DNA of 51,743 bases from an uncultured Pelagibacteraceae bacterium. GTDB lineage: Bacteria; Pseudomonadota; Alphaproteobacteria; Pelagibacterales; Pelagibacteraceae. Position numbers and translations under genes: made by a program. Position 1 is the stretch's first letter; each line of letters opens with the position of its first letter. The notes beneath the pieces were generated by a model that saw nothing but the letters and a program-made list of their open reading frames with translations, was not told where the DNA came from and ran no database searches. The stretch is taken from positions 1-51,743 of the forward strand of contig CABYOP010000001.1 of the NCBI GenBank assembly GCA_902520645.1, written 5' to 3'. Of this stretch, positions 20,622-31,880 are shown piece after piece.

Positions 20622-23335
20622 CAAGGATGTCTTGGACAACTAACTTCACTTATTTTCCAACATACAGGACATTTTGTTCCTTTTGCTTTTATGGTTTGTG
20701 CACTTGTTTCTAAGTTTTCCTTAAAAGAAATTTCAGCTTTTGATGTAATGCAAAGTTCTGAAAAATCTATATTTTTTGTAATTTCTTCTAATTTTTGATC
20801 CAGTTGGATATTTAAGTCTGCCTCTAAACTAGATCCAATTTCTTTATTAGCTCTTTTTTCCTCAATGCTAATATTACAAATATTTCTTATTTTGATTAAT
20901 TCTAGCCATTTTTGATATAATTTTTCATTTGCAAAGGTATTTGGGAAATCTATAAATTTTTCTAAATGGATACTTTTATTATCTTTTAATAACAATCTGT
21001 AAATCTCTTCAGTCGTAAAAGATAAAATTGGTGCAAACCATTTTAACAATGAATTCAAAATTATATTTAGTAGTAATATAGTTGACTTTCTTTTTTTTGA
21101 ATCTATGGGATCGCAATATAATGCATCTTTTCTTATATCAAAATAAAACGCAGACAGATCTACAGTACAAAAATTTAGTATTTCTTTATACAAATTATGA
21201 AAATCGTAATTTTTAAAATATTTTTTAAAATTTACATCTAAAGAGTACAACTTATGTAACATAAATTGTTCAAGTTCTGGTAACTCATTTAATTTTACTT
21301 TTTTAAAATCAATTTCCTCAAAATTATCTTTTATGTTGCCAAGCAGATATCTGAATGTATTTCTAATTTTTCTGTAAGACTCTGCATGTTGGTCAAGAAT
21401 TGAATAATCTATTCTTAAATCTTCAGAATAATTTGATGATGCTACCCAAATTCTTAGTATATCTGCTCCATATTTTTTTAAAATATCTTCTGGAGCAATT
21501 ACATTTCCTAGAGATTTTGACATTTTCAATCCCTTACCATCCACAACAAATCCGTGGGATAAAATATTTTCAAATGGCGCTCTTCCTCTAGTGCCACATG
21601 ACTCTAATAATGATGAATGAAACCAGCCTCTATGTTGATCTGATCCCTCTAAATACATTGATGCCGGCCATTTCAAATCTTCTCTTTTTTCAAGAACAAA
21701 TGAATGCGTAGACCCACTGTCAAACCAAACCTCAACTATATCGCTCAATTTATCATAATCTTTAGCTTTATATTTGGTGCCTAAAAATCTTTGAGGGTCG
21801 TCTGAAAACCAACAATCTGAACCCTCTTTTTCGTAAATTGAGGCAATATTTTCATTTACCTCATCGTCGACTAAAATTTCTTTAGTTTTTTTATTTACAA
21901 AAATTGGAAGTGGAACGCCCCATACTCTTTGTCTAGACACACACCAATCTGGTCTAGTCTCTATCATTGATTTTAATCTTTCTTTTCCTTTACTAGGATA
22001 AAAAGTTGTATCATTAATAGCTTTTAATGCTTTATCTCTTAATTTATGACTTTCCATTGATATAAACCACTGTGGTGTCGCTCTATGAACTAATGGTGCT
22101 TTTGATCTCCAAGAATGTGGATAAGAATGTATTAGTTCACCATTTGATAATAATTTTTTTTGTTCTTTAAGTTTTTCAATAACTATAGGGTTTGCTTTAA
22201 AAATATGAATTCCTTCAAATAAACTTACATTATTTGTATACTTACCATCTCCATCAACTGTTTCGATAGCTTTAATTCCATTATTTAAACATAAATTAAA
22301 ATCATCAGGACCATGACTAGGAGCACAATGAACAATTCCTGTTCCCTGCTCAGTTGTCACAAACCTTGCCTGTAACATTGGAATATCATAGTCAAAACCT
22401 AAATCTAAAAAAGGATGTCTACAAATAGTTTGCTTTAATTCCTTGCCTTTAAATGTTTTTAATTTTTTATAATTTTTTATTTTACACTCATTGATTACCG
22501 ACTCCAGTAAGGCTTCAGCAACTATAATTTTTCTATTTTTATAATCATTATCATCATTCAATTCCAAGAGAACATAATCAAGAGCTTCGTTATAAGCCAG
22601 TGCTCTATTGGCCGGAATTGTCCAAGGAGTTGTGGTCCATATAATTATTTCACTACCTTCTATGTCTTTTATGTTAGATTTTTTTACAGGGAAAGATGTA
22701 TAAATTGTATCTGATTTATGATCTTGATATTCAACTTCAGCATCTGCTAAAGCAGTCTTTTCAACTGTAGACCATAATACTGGTTTAAAGCCCCTATATA
22801 AACTTCCTTCTTTTAAAAACTTACCTAGTTCTCTTACAATTTGAGCTTCGGCATCAAAACTCATAGTTGAATAATAGTTTTCCCAATCACCAACAACACC
22901 TAAACGCTTAAATTGACCTTTATGTACCTCAATCCATTTCTCTGCAAATAACCTACATTCTTTTCGGAATTCTACTATTGGAACATCATTTTTATTTTTT
23001 TTATTTTTTTTGTATTGTTCTTCTATTTTCCATTCAATTGGTAAGCCATGACAATCCCATCCTGGAACATAGATAGAATCTTTACCATCCATTTGGTGAA
23101 ATTTTACAATTATATCTTTTAAAATTTTATTAAGAGCAGTTCCCATATGAATATTACCATTTGCATATGGCGGTCCATCATGAAGAATAAATTTTTCTTT
23201 TCCCTTGCTGGAATTTCTCAATTCCTTGTAAAGATTTATCTTTTGCCAATATTCTAGGATTTCTGGCTCCCTTACGGGTAAATTAGCTTTCATTGAAAAA
23301 GCTGTTTTTGGGAGATTTATTTGGGAATTACTCAT
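20621..23335 (-). CDS. ileS: Isoleucine--tRNA ligase (type 1)
   Basis: HDGPPYANG, GWDCHGLPIE, WTTTPWTIP, DWCVSRQR, EGSDQHRGWF, KMSKS; in ribF-ileS-lspA order. Confidence 0.98.
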   Translation of the reverse strand: MSNSQINLPKTAFSMKANLPVREPEILEYWQKINLYKELRNSSKGKEKFILHDGPPYANGNIHMGTALNKILKDIIVKFHQMDGKDSIYVPGWDCHGLPIEWKIEEQYKKNKKNKNDVPIVEFRKECRLFAEKWIEVHKGQFKRLGVVGDWENYYSTMSFDAEAQIVRELGKFLKEGSLYRGFKPVLWSTVEKTALADAEVEYQDHKSDTIYTSFPVKKSNIKDIEGSEIIIWTTTPWTIPANRALAYNEALDYVLLELNDDNDYKNRKIIVAEALLESVINECKIKNYKKLKTFKGKELKQTICRHPFLDLGFDYDIPMLQARFVTTEQGTGIVHCAPSHGPDDFNLCLNNGIKAIETVDGDGKYTNNVSLFEGIHIFKANPIVIEKLKEQKKLLSNGELIHSYPHSWRSKAPLVHRATPQWFISMESHKLRDKALKAINDTTFYPSKGKERLKSMIETRPDWCVSRQRVWGVPLPIFVNKKTKEILVDDEVNENIASIYEKEGSDCWFSDDPQRFLGTKYKAKDYDKLSDIVEVWFDSGSTHSFVLEKREDLKWPASMYLEGSDQHRGWFHSSLLESCGTRGRAPFENILSHGFVVDGKGLKMSKSLGNVIAPEDILKKYGADILRIWVASSNYSEDLRIDYSILDQHAESYRKIRNTFRYLLGNIKDNFEEIDFKKVKLNELPELEQFMLHKLYSLDVNFKKYFKNYDFHNLYKEILNFCTVDLSAFYFDIRKDALYCDPIDSKKRKSTILLLNIILNSLLKWFAPILSFTTEEIYRLLLKDNKSIHLEKFIDFPNTFANEKLYQKWLELIKIRNICNISIEEKRANKEIGSSLEADLNIQLDQKLEEITKNIDFSELCITSKAEISFKENLETSAQTIKAKGTKCPVCWKISEVSCPRHP

Positions 23336-24255
23336 TTAGTTTTTTTTGCAATATTTAAATCTTTTTTAATTTGAGACTTTAATTGATTAACATTTTTAAA
23401 TTTTTTTTCTTTTCTAATAAACTTTATAAACTCAACTGTTAAGAGTTTATTGTAAAGATTTCCAGAATAATTAAATAAATGAACTTCTAATAAGATTTTT
23501 TTCTGATTAAATGTTGGTCTATATCCAAGATTTGCTATTCCCATTAAATATTTGGAATTATTCGACTTTAGCACTTTTACAGCATACACACCTGGCATTG
23601 CCAAGACATAATCTTTAATATCAATGTTACATGTTGGAAAACCAATTTTTTTACCCAACTGTCTTCCCTTTTGTACAACTCCTTCAATTGTCCATTTTCT
23701 ACTCAATAAATTATTAGCTTTATTTAATTTTCCTCTTTCTAAATAGGTCCGAATTAAAGAAGACGAAATCACTTTTTTTTGTTTTATGAGTGGTGTTGGT
23801 TTTATCAGAACATAATTAAATTTTAATTGATTTTTTAATAGCAAACTAACATTTCCCTCTCTTTTGTTTCCAAACCTAAAGTTATTACTTACAAATATAA
23901 ATCTAGAATTTAACTTTTTAAATAGAATTTCTTCAATAAATTTTATAGATTTGACTTTAGAAAACCTTTTATCAAATTTTTTTGTTATAATAAAATCTAC
24001 CCCTTGATTTTTTAATAATTTTATTTTTTGACCTAAATTTGTAAGTTTAAAATTTTTAATTGATTTATTAAAAAACATTTTTGGCATAGGATCAAAGTTA
24101 ATAACACCAATTTTAACATTGTGTTTTTTTTTATATAATTTTGCTAATTTGAATAATTTTTGATGTCCTGAATGTACCCCATCAAAATTACCAATTAAAA
24201 TAATTGATCCCTTATGAACTTGTTTAACTTTAAAATTTTTATATAAAATTACCAT
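23332..24255 (-). CDS. ribF: Bifunctional riboflavin kinase/FAD synthetase
   Basis: GNFDGVHSGH, FRFG, ISSS, GFPTCN, GVY, RPTF, EVH. Confidence 0.96.
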   Translation of the reverse strand: MVILYKNFKVKQVHKGSIILIGNFDGVHSGHQKLFKLAKLYKKKHNVKIGVINFDPMPKMFFNKSIKNFKLTNLGQKIKLLKNQGVDFIITKKFDKRFSKVKSIKFIEEILFKKLNSRFIFVSNNFRFGNKREGNVSLLLKNQLKFNYVLIKPTPLIKQKKVISSSLIRTYLERGKLNKANNLLSRKWTIEGVVQKGRQLGKKIGFPTCNIDIKDYVLAMPGVYAVKVLKSNNSKYLMGIANLGYRPTFNQKKILLEVHLFNYSGNLYNKLLTVEFIKFIRKEKKFKNVNQLKSQIKKDLNIAKKTK

Positions 24256-25064
24256 CTTAAATCTGACTGAATGTAATTTACGATTGTTTCATACTGTTTT
24301 GATATTTCATTAATGCCTTTTTCATTTATTTCATTTTTATGAATTCCATTTGAAATTAATAGTGAATCATAGTTTAATAAATTTGCACCTTTAATATCTG
24401 TATTAAGATTATCTCCAATAGCTAAAACTCGTTTATTTTTATTTTCAATCGACAAATTATAAACCTCAGCATATGGTTTGCCAAAATAAATTACTTTACC
24501 ACCTAACTTTTCAAAAACCATTGCTACTGAACCTGCGCAAAGTTCTCTTTTATCACCTTTATCAACAATTAAATCTGGATTGGTACATATCATTTTTTTA
24601 TTTAAATAATTTTCAAAAAGTTTTTTATAATAAATTAAGTCATCTTCGTTTTCAAATAAGCCTGTACATAATAAATAATCAGCTTCTGATATTTTATCTT
24701 TTTTATTGTCTACAAAGTCTTTAAAAAGGTCATTATCTTTAGGTGGACCAACATGAAAAAAATATTCTTTTTTGTGATTTAGTTTTAAAAATTTTAAAGC
24801 TGCTTCTCCAGAAGTGAATACGTTTTTTTGAAATAATTTATCCATACCCATATTGCTCAAAAAAGTTTGAACAGGCAAATTTGGTCTTGGTGCATTTGTC
24901 AAAAGAACGAATTCTTTTTTTAGATTTTTTAGTTGATGAAGTGTTTGAATTGCATAAGCATTGAGTTTTAGCCCATTATGAATAACCCCCCATAAATCTA
25001 TGTAAAATAAATCATAATTATCAACAATAGAGCGTAGACCATTTAAATCTAAATTTTTTGTCAT
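24249..25064 (-). CDS. HAD-IIA hydrolase (TIGR01459-like)
   Basis: DLWGVIHNG, TNAPR, TSGE, CTNPD, GKP, IGDxLxTDIKGA; conserved neighbour of ribF and groES. Confidence 0.88.
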   Translation of the reverse strand: MTKNLDLNGLRSIVDNYDLFYIDLWGVIHNGLKLNAYAIQTLHQLKNLKKEFVLLTNAPRPNLPVQTFLSNMGMDKLFQKNVFTSGEAALKFLKLNHKKEYFFHVGPPKDNDLFKDFVDNKKDKISEADYLLCTGLFENEDDLIYYKKLFENYLNKKMICTNPDLIVDKGDKRELCAGSVAMVFEKLGGKVIYFGKPYAEVYNLSIENKNKRVLAIGDNLNTDIKGANLLNYDSLLISNGIHKNEINEKGINEISKQYETIVNYIQSDLRW

Positions 25065-25126
25065 AATTTAAGGTATAAACTATAAAATCCTCAATTTCCT
25101 AGCATTATTAGCATGTAATCGAATAT

Positions 25127-25159
25127 CTAATCTTGAAATAGACAGCGTAATATCTATAT
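25127..25159 (+). promoter_or_regulatory. Putative RpoH (sigma32) promoter of groES-groEL
   Basis: CTTGAA (25132-25137), 15-nt spacer, TCTATAT (25153-25159); matches the alphaproteobacterial RpoH consensus CTTGAA-N15/16-CCTATAT. Confidence 0.7.
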
Positions 25160-25195
25160 GAAGTCAATATTTATATAGAATTATAAAGGAGATTT

Positions 25196-25486
25196 ATGAA
25201 GTTCAAACCGTTACACGACAGAGTGTTAATTGAAGTATTAGACAGCAGTGAAAAAACTGCAGGTGGAATTATTATCCCAGATACCGCTCAAGAAAAACCT
25301 CAAGAAGGAAAAGTAGTTGCTATTGGTGGTGGTGCAAAAACAGAAGATGGAAAGTTAATTCCAATGGATGTTAAAGTTGGAGACAAAGTTTTATTTGGCA
25401 AATGGTCAGGTACTGAAGTCAAAATCGATGGCAAAGAATACAGCATAATGAAAGAGTCAGACATTATGGGTATTTCAGGTAAGTAA
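25196..25486 (+). CDS. groES: Co-chaperonin GroES
   Basis: [33 protein letters not shown]; AAGGAG Shine-Dalgarno upstream. Confidence 0.99.
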   Translation: MKFKPLHDRVLIEVLDSSEKTAGGIIIPDTAQEKPQEGKVVAIGGGAKTEDGKLIPMDVKVGDKVLFGKWSGTEVKIDGKEYSIMKESDIMGISGK

Positions 25487-25491
25487 TTTAA

Positions 25492-27174
<1,683 letters not shown>

Positions 27175-27210
27175 CCTCTTTTCAAACAATTTAGTTACCT
27201 AGAAAAATTT

Positions 27211-27247
27211 AAAAACCCCTAGAACAAAGTTCTGGGGGTTTTTTTTA
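27211..27247 (+). terminator. Rho-independent terminator of groESL (possibly bidirectional)
   Basis: AAAAACCCCTAGAAC-aaa-GTTCTGGGGGTTTTTTTT: GC stem followed by a T tract, with an A tract before it. Confidence 0.9.
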
Positions 27248-27306
27248 TTTCTAAATTAGAAAATGTAACTTAAAATATTCCATTACTTTTCTTTAAAGTA
27301 AAAATA

Positions 27307-29163
27307 ATGAAAAACTATAATCCAGAAATTGATGGCTTAAGAGCAATAGCAGTATTAACTGTAATTTTATATCATATAGAAATTATTGTTTTTGAAAACA
27401 TAATTTCGAAGAGTGGTTTTATTGGTGTAGATATATTTATTGTTATATCTGGTTTTGTTATAACTAGATTATTTTTCAAAAAAGATTTTTCTTATACTAT
27501 ATTTGTTGAAAGACGATTAAGAAGATTATTTCCAGCTTTGTTATTCCTAATTTTAATCACTACTTTAATATCTTATTTTTTATTGTTGCCACAACATTTT
27601 ATGAATTTAGGTCAAAGTATTGTAGCAAATATTTTACTTATTTCGAATTTCTTGTTTTATTATCAAACAGATTACTGGGATTATGCAGTATTTACAAAGC
27701 CTTTGCTACATACATGGACTATCGCACTTGAATTTCAATTTTATATTTTTATATGCTTAATTTTCTTGATATTTAAAAAAAATTTAACAAAAGTAATTCT
27801 TACTTTTTTTTTTATAAGTTTAATATTACTTATATTTTCTAATAAAATTAGCTTTGAAGTAAATTTAAGAGAACTAAATCTCAATAATTATTTTTTAATA
27901 TTTACTAGATTATGGGAATTTTTGATGGGTTCTATTGTTGCCTTAATTTTAAATAATAAAAAATATGAAAAAGAATTATCAACTAAGAAATATTTAAACA
28001 ACATTGGATTAATTCTAATTTTATTTTCATTAGTGACGATAGAAACTCCAAAAAACTTTCCTAATTTACTGACGTTTATACCTGTTTTTGGAACTTCACT
28101 TGTACTTTTGGCAAATAATAAGCACAGTTCTCATGTTTTATTAAACAACTCTATTTTAGTTCATTTGGGTAAGGTATCTTATTCTTTGTATTTATGGCAT
28201 TTTCCAATCATAATATTTTTTCTATATAATTTTAATTTTGAATTAAATATTTGGAATAAAATTTTAGCATTAATAATTGTGTATTTTGTGTCACTAGGAT
28301 CCTACAAATATATAGAAACACCTTTTTTTAAGAAAAGCATTTTGACTAATAAAAATTTTATAAAATTGCTTTCAATTTTTTTGATGATAATCTTTTTATT
28401 AGGTAGTTTAATTGCAAATAATATTATTAAATCCCAATCATATTCTGAGTACAATAATATAATACAGAGTTTTCCAGAATATAATTTATTTGATACGAAA
28501 GGTCCAAAAAGAGATATAAAGAATAATCAATTTACAAATAGTAAAAAAATCAAAATTTTAGTATGCGGAGACTCTCACGGTGCTGACCTTGCAATGTCTC
28601 TACAGTCTAACAAAAATATTTTAAGTAAATTTGAAATAGAATTTATAGATTTTCTTAAATGTATAAATCAAGAGCCATTATTAATTAAAAATGCTGATTA
28701 TATATTATCTTCAATACAAATTAGTGGAAGAAATGGTCTGACTTACAAAAATATAAAAAAATTATACGACATAGTTGAAAATAAAAATAATAAAAATTTT
28801 ATAATAGTTGGCGCAACTCCTGAGTTCCAAACAGATAGTGATTTACTTCTAAATTATTTAGTAATTACAAAAATTAAAAAAAAAGATATTATTAAAAATA
28901 TTAATAATATTAATACTTTTTATTTTGTGAATAAAAAAAAATTTATTGAAAAAGTTAACAAAAAACTTTCACAAATTTCAAAAGAATTAAAAGTGGGTTA
29001 TTTGGATAAGTTTGATTATATTTGTGAATTAGAAAATGAAAAATGTTTTGGTGTTGACTCTGATGGAAATAAAAACTTTATTGACTATTCGCATTTAAGT
29101 AAAAATGGAAGAATTTTTTTTGGAAAAAAGATCGAAGAGATAAATTGGTTAAAATTAGACTAA
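27307..29163 (+). CDS. O-acetyltransferase, OafA/YrhL-like (acyltransferase-3 TM domain plus C-terminal SGNH domain)
   Basis: IDGLRAIAV, GVDIFxVISGFVI, RRLRRLFPAL, HTWTIALEFQFY, SYSLYLWHFP; SGNH block I GDSHG and C-terminal DxxH (DYSH). Confidence 0.9.
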   Translation: MKNYNPEIDGLRAIAVLTVILYHIEIIVFENIISKSGFIGVDIFIVISGFVITRLFFKKDFSYTIFVERRLRRLFPALLFLILITTLISYFLLLPQHFMNLGQSIVANILLISNFLFYYQTDYWDYAVFTKPLLHTWTIALEFQFYIFICLIFLIFKKNLTKVILTFFFISLILLIFSNKISFEVNLRELNLNNYFLIFTRLWEFLMGSIVALILNNKKYEKELSTKKYLNNIGLILILFSLVTIETPKNFPNLLTFIPVFGTSLVLLANNKHSSHVLLNNSILVHLGKVSYSLYLWHFPIIIFFLYNFNFELNIWNKILALIIVYFVSLGSYKYIETPFFKKSILTNKNFIKLLSIFLMIIFLLGSLIANNIIKSQSYSEYNNIIQSFPEYNLFDTKGPKRDIKNNQFTNSKKIKILVCGDSHGADLAMSLQSNKNILSKFEIEFIDFLKCINQEPLLIKNADYILSSIQISGRNGLTYKNIKKLYDIVENKNNKNFIIVGATPEFQTDSDLLLNYLVITKIKKKDIIKNINNINTFYFVNKKKFIEKVNKKLSQISKELKVGYLDKFDYICELENEKCFGVDSDGNKNFIDYSHLSKNGRIFFGKKIEEINWLKLD

Positions 29164-29176
29164 TATAATTTTTTAT

Positions 29177-29293
29177 ATGTCAAAACGATATAGCGGAAAA
29201 TCCTTTAAAGACTCTAGCATAAAAAAAAAACCAAAATTAAGTTTTAAAGAAAAAAGAAAACTTAAAAAGGAAAAGCAAAAAAAAGTAAATTAA
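29177..29293 (+). CDS. Putative small basic protein (38 aa)
   Basis: Not in the ORF track. ATG..TAA ORF reads MSKRYSGKSFKDSSIKKKPKLSFKEKRKLKKEKQKKVN and occupies one of the largest apparent gaps in an otherwise densely packed window. No Shine-Dalgarno. Confidence 0.45.
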   Translation: MSKRYSGKSFKDSSIKKKPKLSFKEKRKLKKEKQKKVN

Positions 29294-29378
29294 ACATAAA
29301 ATTAAATAAAATACTCAATAAATATTAGTTTTTTTTAAGTTTTAAAAATTAATTAAATATGTATAAGAACCACATTTT

Positions 29379-31205
29379 ATGACAAATGATATAAGAAACA
29401 TCACTATTATTGCTCATGTAGACCATGGCAAAACTACTTTGATTGATAATCTAATGAAGCAAAGTGGATCATTTAGAGAAAATGAAGTTATTGATGAAAG
29501 ATTAATGGACTCTGGTGAACTTGAAAAGGAAAGAGGAATTACAATTTTGGCCAAACCTGCCTCAATAAATTGGAAAGATACAAGAATAAATATAATTGAT
29601 ACCCCGGGTCACAGAGACTTTGCTGCAGAAGTTGAGCGAGTTTTAAGTATGGCTGATGGTGCTCTGCTTCTTATAGATTCTGCTGAAGGAGTAATGCCTC
29701 AAACAAAATTTGTATTATCTAAAGCTTTAAAACAAGGTCTTAAACCAATTGTTGTAATAAATAAACTCGATAAAGCTGATCAAAGAGCTAACGAAGTATT
29801 AGATGAAACATTTGATTTATTTGTAAGTCTTGATGCGAATGAAGAGCAATTAGATTTCCCTGTTTTATACGCAAGTGGCAGATCTGGCTGGGCAGACACA
29901 GAGGTGGAAGGACCTAGAGAAAATTTAAACCCACTTTTAGATTTAATACTCAATCACGTAAAACCTGCAAAGTTTGAAAAAGAAAAATCTTTTGCTATGT
30001 TATCAACACTTCTTTATGCTGATAGTTTTTTAGGACGAAGCCTAGTAGGTAGGATTAATCAAGGAACTGCTAAAGCTAATCAATCAATAAAAGCAATTAA
30101 TCTGAAGGGTGAAAAAGTTGATGAAGGGAAACTTACTAAAATTTTCAGATATGAGGGAACAAAAAAAGTGCCTATTGAAGTTGGTGAGGCTGGAGATATT
30201 GTAGTAATTGCAGGATTAGAAAAAGCTAATGTTGCTGATACTATTTGTGATTTAGAGGTAAATGAACCCATTTCAGCAACCCCAATAGATCCTCCTACGA
30301 TGTCTATCACGATAACTGTTAACACATCTCCTCTTGCAGGAAAAGAAGGTAAAAAACTTACAAGTACTCAAATTAGAGATCGACTAATTCTTGAGGCTCA
30401 GAATAATGTGGGAATTACTTTTTCTGAAAACGATGGAAATGACTCATTTGTTGTAAGTGGTAGAGGTGAGCTTATGTTAGAAATTTTACTTACTCAAATG
30501 AGACGGGAAGGATTTGAAATGACTGTCAGTCCACCTAAGGTTTTGTATCAAATAGGTGAAAGTGGAAAAAAACTTGAGCCAATAGAAGAAATTACAATGG
30601 ATTTAGACGAAGAATTCTCATCAAAAGTAATAGACTCGATGAATAGACGAAAAGGTAAATTAATAGATTTAAAAGATACTGGTAAAGATAAAAAAAGACT
30701 AATTTTTCATGCCCCAACCCGAGGGCTAATGGGTTACACAAGTAGATTTTTGACTCTCACTAAAGGTAATGGAGTTATTAATAGAATTTTTCATAGCTAT
30801 GGGCCTTTTGAAGGTGAAATGGAAGGAAGAAGAAACGGCGCCTTAATAGCAATGGAGCAAGGTAAAGCAGTGGCTTTTGCTATATTTAACTTGCAGGCCA
30901 GAGGTGAAATGTTCGTAACACATAATGACCCTGTCTATCCTGGAATGATAGTTGGATTATCTCCAAAACCAGGGGATATGATAATCAATGTTATGAAAGG
31001 GAAAAAATTAACAAATATGAGAACACAGGGTACTGATGAAAACGTTGTTCTCACTCCAGTAAGAAAAATGTCTATTGCGGAGCAACTAAGTATGCTTAAT
31101 ACTGATGAAGCATTAGAAATTACCCCTGAGTCTTGTAGATTAAGAAAATCTATTCTTGATCCTCATGAGAGAAAGAGAAGTGAAAAATCTGGAGCAGCAG
31201 CCTAA
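29379..31205 (+). CDS. typA: Translational GTPase TypA/BipA
   Basis: IAHVDHGKTTL, ERGITILAK, DTPGHxDF, NKLD, GRGEL, KKLTNMR. Confidence 0.98.
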   Translation: MTNDIRNITIIAHVDHGKTTLIDNLMKQSGSFRENEVIDERLMDSGELEKERGITILAKPASINWKDTRINIIDTPGHRDFAAEVERVLSMADGALLLIDSAEGVMPQTKFVLSKALKQGLKPIVVINKLDKADQRANEVLDETFDLFVSLDANEEQLDFPVLYASGRSGWADTEVEGPRENLNPLLDLILNHVKPAKFEKEKSFAMLSTLLYADSFLGRSLVGRINQGTAKANQSIKAINLKGEKVDEGKLTKIFRYEGTKKVPIEVGEAGDIVVIAGLEKANVADTICDLEVNEPISATPIDPPTMSITITVNTSPLAGKEGKKLTSTQIRDRLILEAQNNVGITFSENDGNDSFVVSGRGELMLEILLTQMRREGFEMTVSPPKVLYQIGESGKKLEPIEEITMDLDEEFSSKVIDSMNRRKGKLIDLKDTGKDKKRLIFHAPTRGLMGYTSRFLTLTKGNGVINRIFHSYGPFEGEMEGRRNGALIAMEQGKAVAFAIFNLQARGEMFVTHNDPVYPGMIVGLSPKPGDMIINVMKGKKLTNMRTQGTDENVVLTPVRKMSIAEQLSMLNTDEALEITPESCRLRKSILDPHERKRSEKSGAAA

Positions 31206-31849
31206 CTAAAAATTTTATTAACAATAAATAATCCAAAAGCAACACAGGGTCCAATTCCAAAAGCAAAAATCAAAGTTCCAACACCTACCGTTCCACCTAG
31301 ATACCATCCAATTATTACAACTGAAATTTCTAAACATGCTCTGACTAAAGCAATAGGTAAGTTTGTTATTTTTGTTAAACCAGTCATTAATCCATCTCTT
31401 GGACCTGGTCCAAGATTCGCAACTAAATAAATACCACTTCCTATTCCAACCAGCATTACAGAAAATATTGCTAATAAATATTTTGACATATTAGATGAGG
31501 GTGGATCAAAAAAATATAAAGTAACATCAATCATTCCAGAAATAATAATTATATTAAAAATTGTTCCTAGGCCTGGTTTCTGTCTAAGAAATATCCAGAA
31601 AAAAAGTACACTTACGCTAACTAGAAATGTTGCTGCACCGATAGACAATTTAGAATTTTTTGATATTCCCTCTGCTAGTACAGACCAGGGAGAATTTCCT
31701 GTAGTTGACAATATTAATAATCCCTCTCCAAAACCAAAGATAATTAAACCGAAAATTAAAAAAAATGATGTTGAAAATTTTGGTTTGAAGTTAAAGGTTT
31801 TATCTGAGCTCCAATATACTTTAGGAATATTTTTAATAGATAAAAACAT
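31202..31849 (-). CDS. YczE/YitT-like membrane protein
   Basis: GxSPWxVLAEG, PGLGT, LGPGPRDGLM, GGTVGVGT; multiple TM helices. Confidence 0.85.
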   Translation of the reverse strand: MFLSIKNIPKVYWSSDKTFNFKPKFSTSFFLIFGLIIFGFGEGLLILSTTGNSPWSVLAEGISKNSKLSIGAATFLVSVSVLFFWIFLRQKPGLGTIFNIIIISGMIDVTLYFFDPPSSNMSKYLLAIFSVMLVGIGSGIYLVANLGPGPRDGLMTGLTKITNLPIALVRACLEISVVIIGWYLGGTVGVGTLIFAFGIGPCVAFGLFIVNKIFS

Positions 31850-31880
31850 ATTATACTGCTAGTTATAAAATTGTTAATAC

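Noticed and set aside
25099-25130. CIRCE-like half site TTAGCA...CTAA upstream of groES
   Set aside because: Lacks TTAGCACTC-N9-GAGTGCTAA: the inner bases and spacing are wrong, so an HrcA operator cannot be supported.
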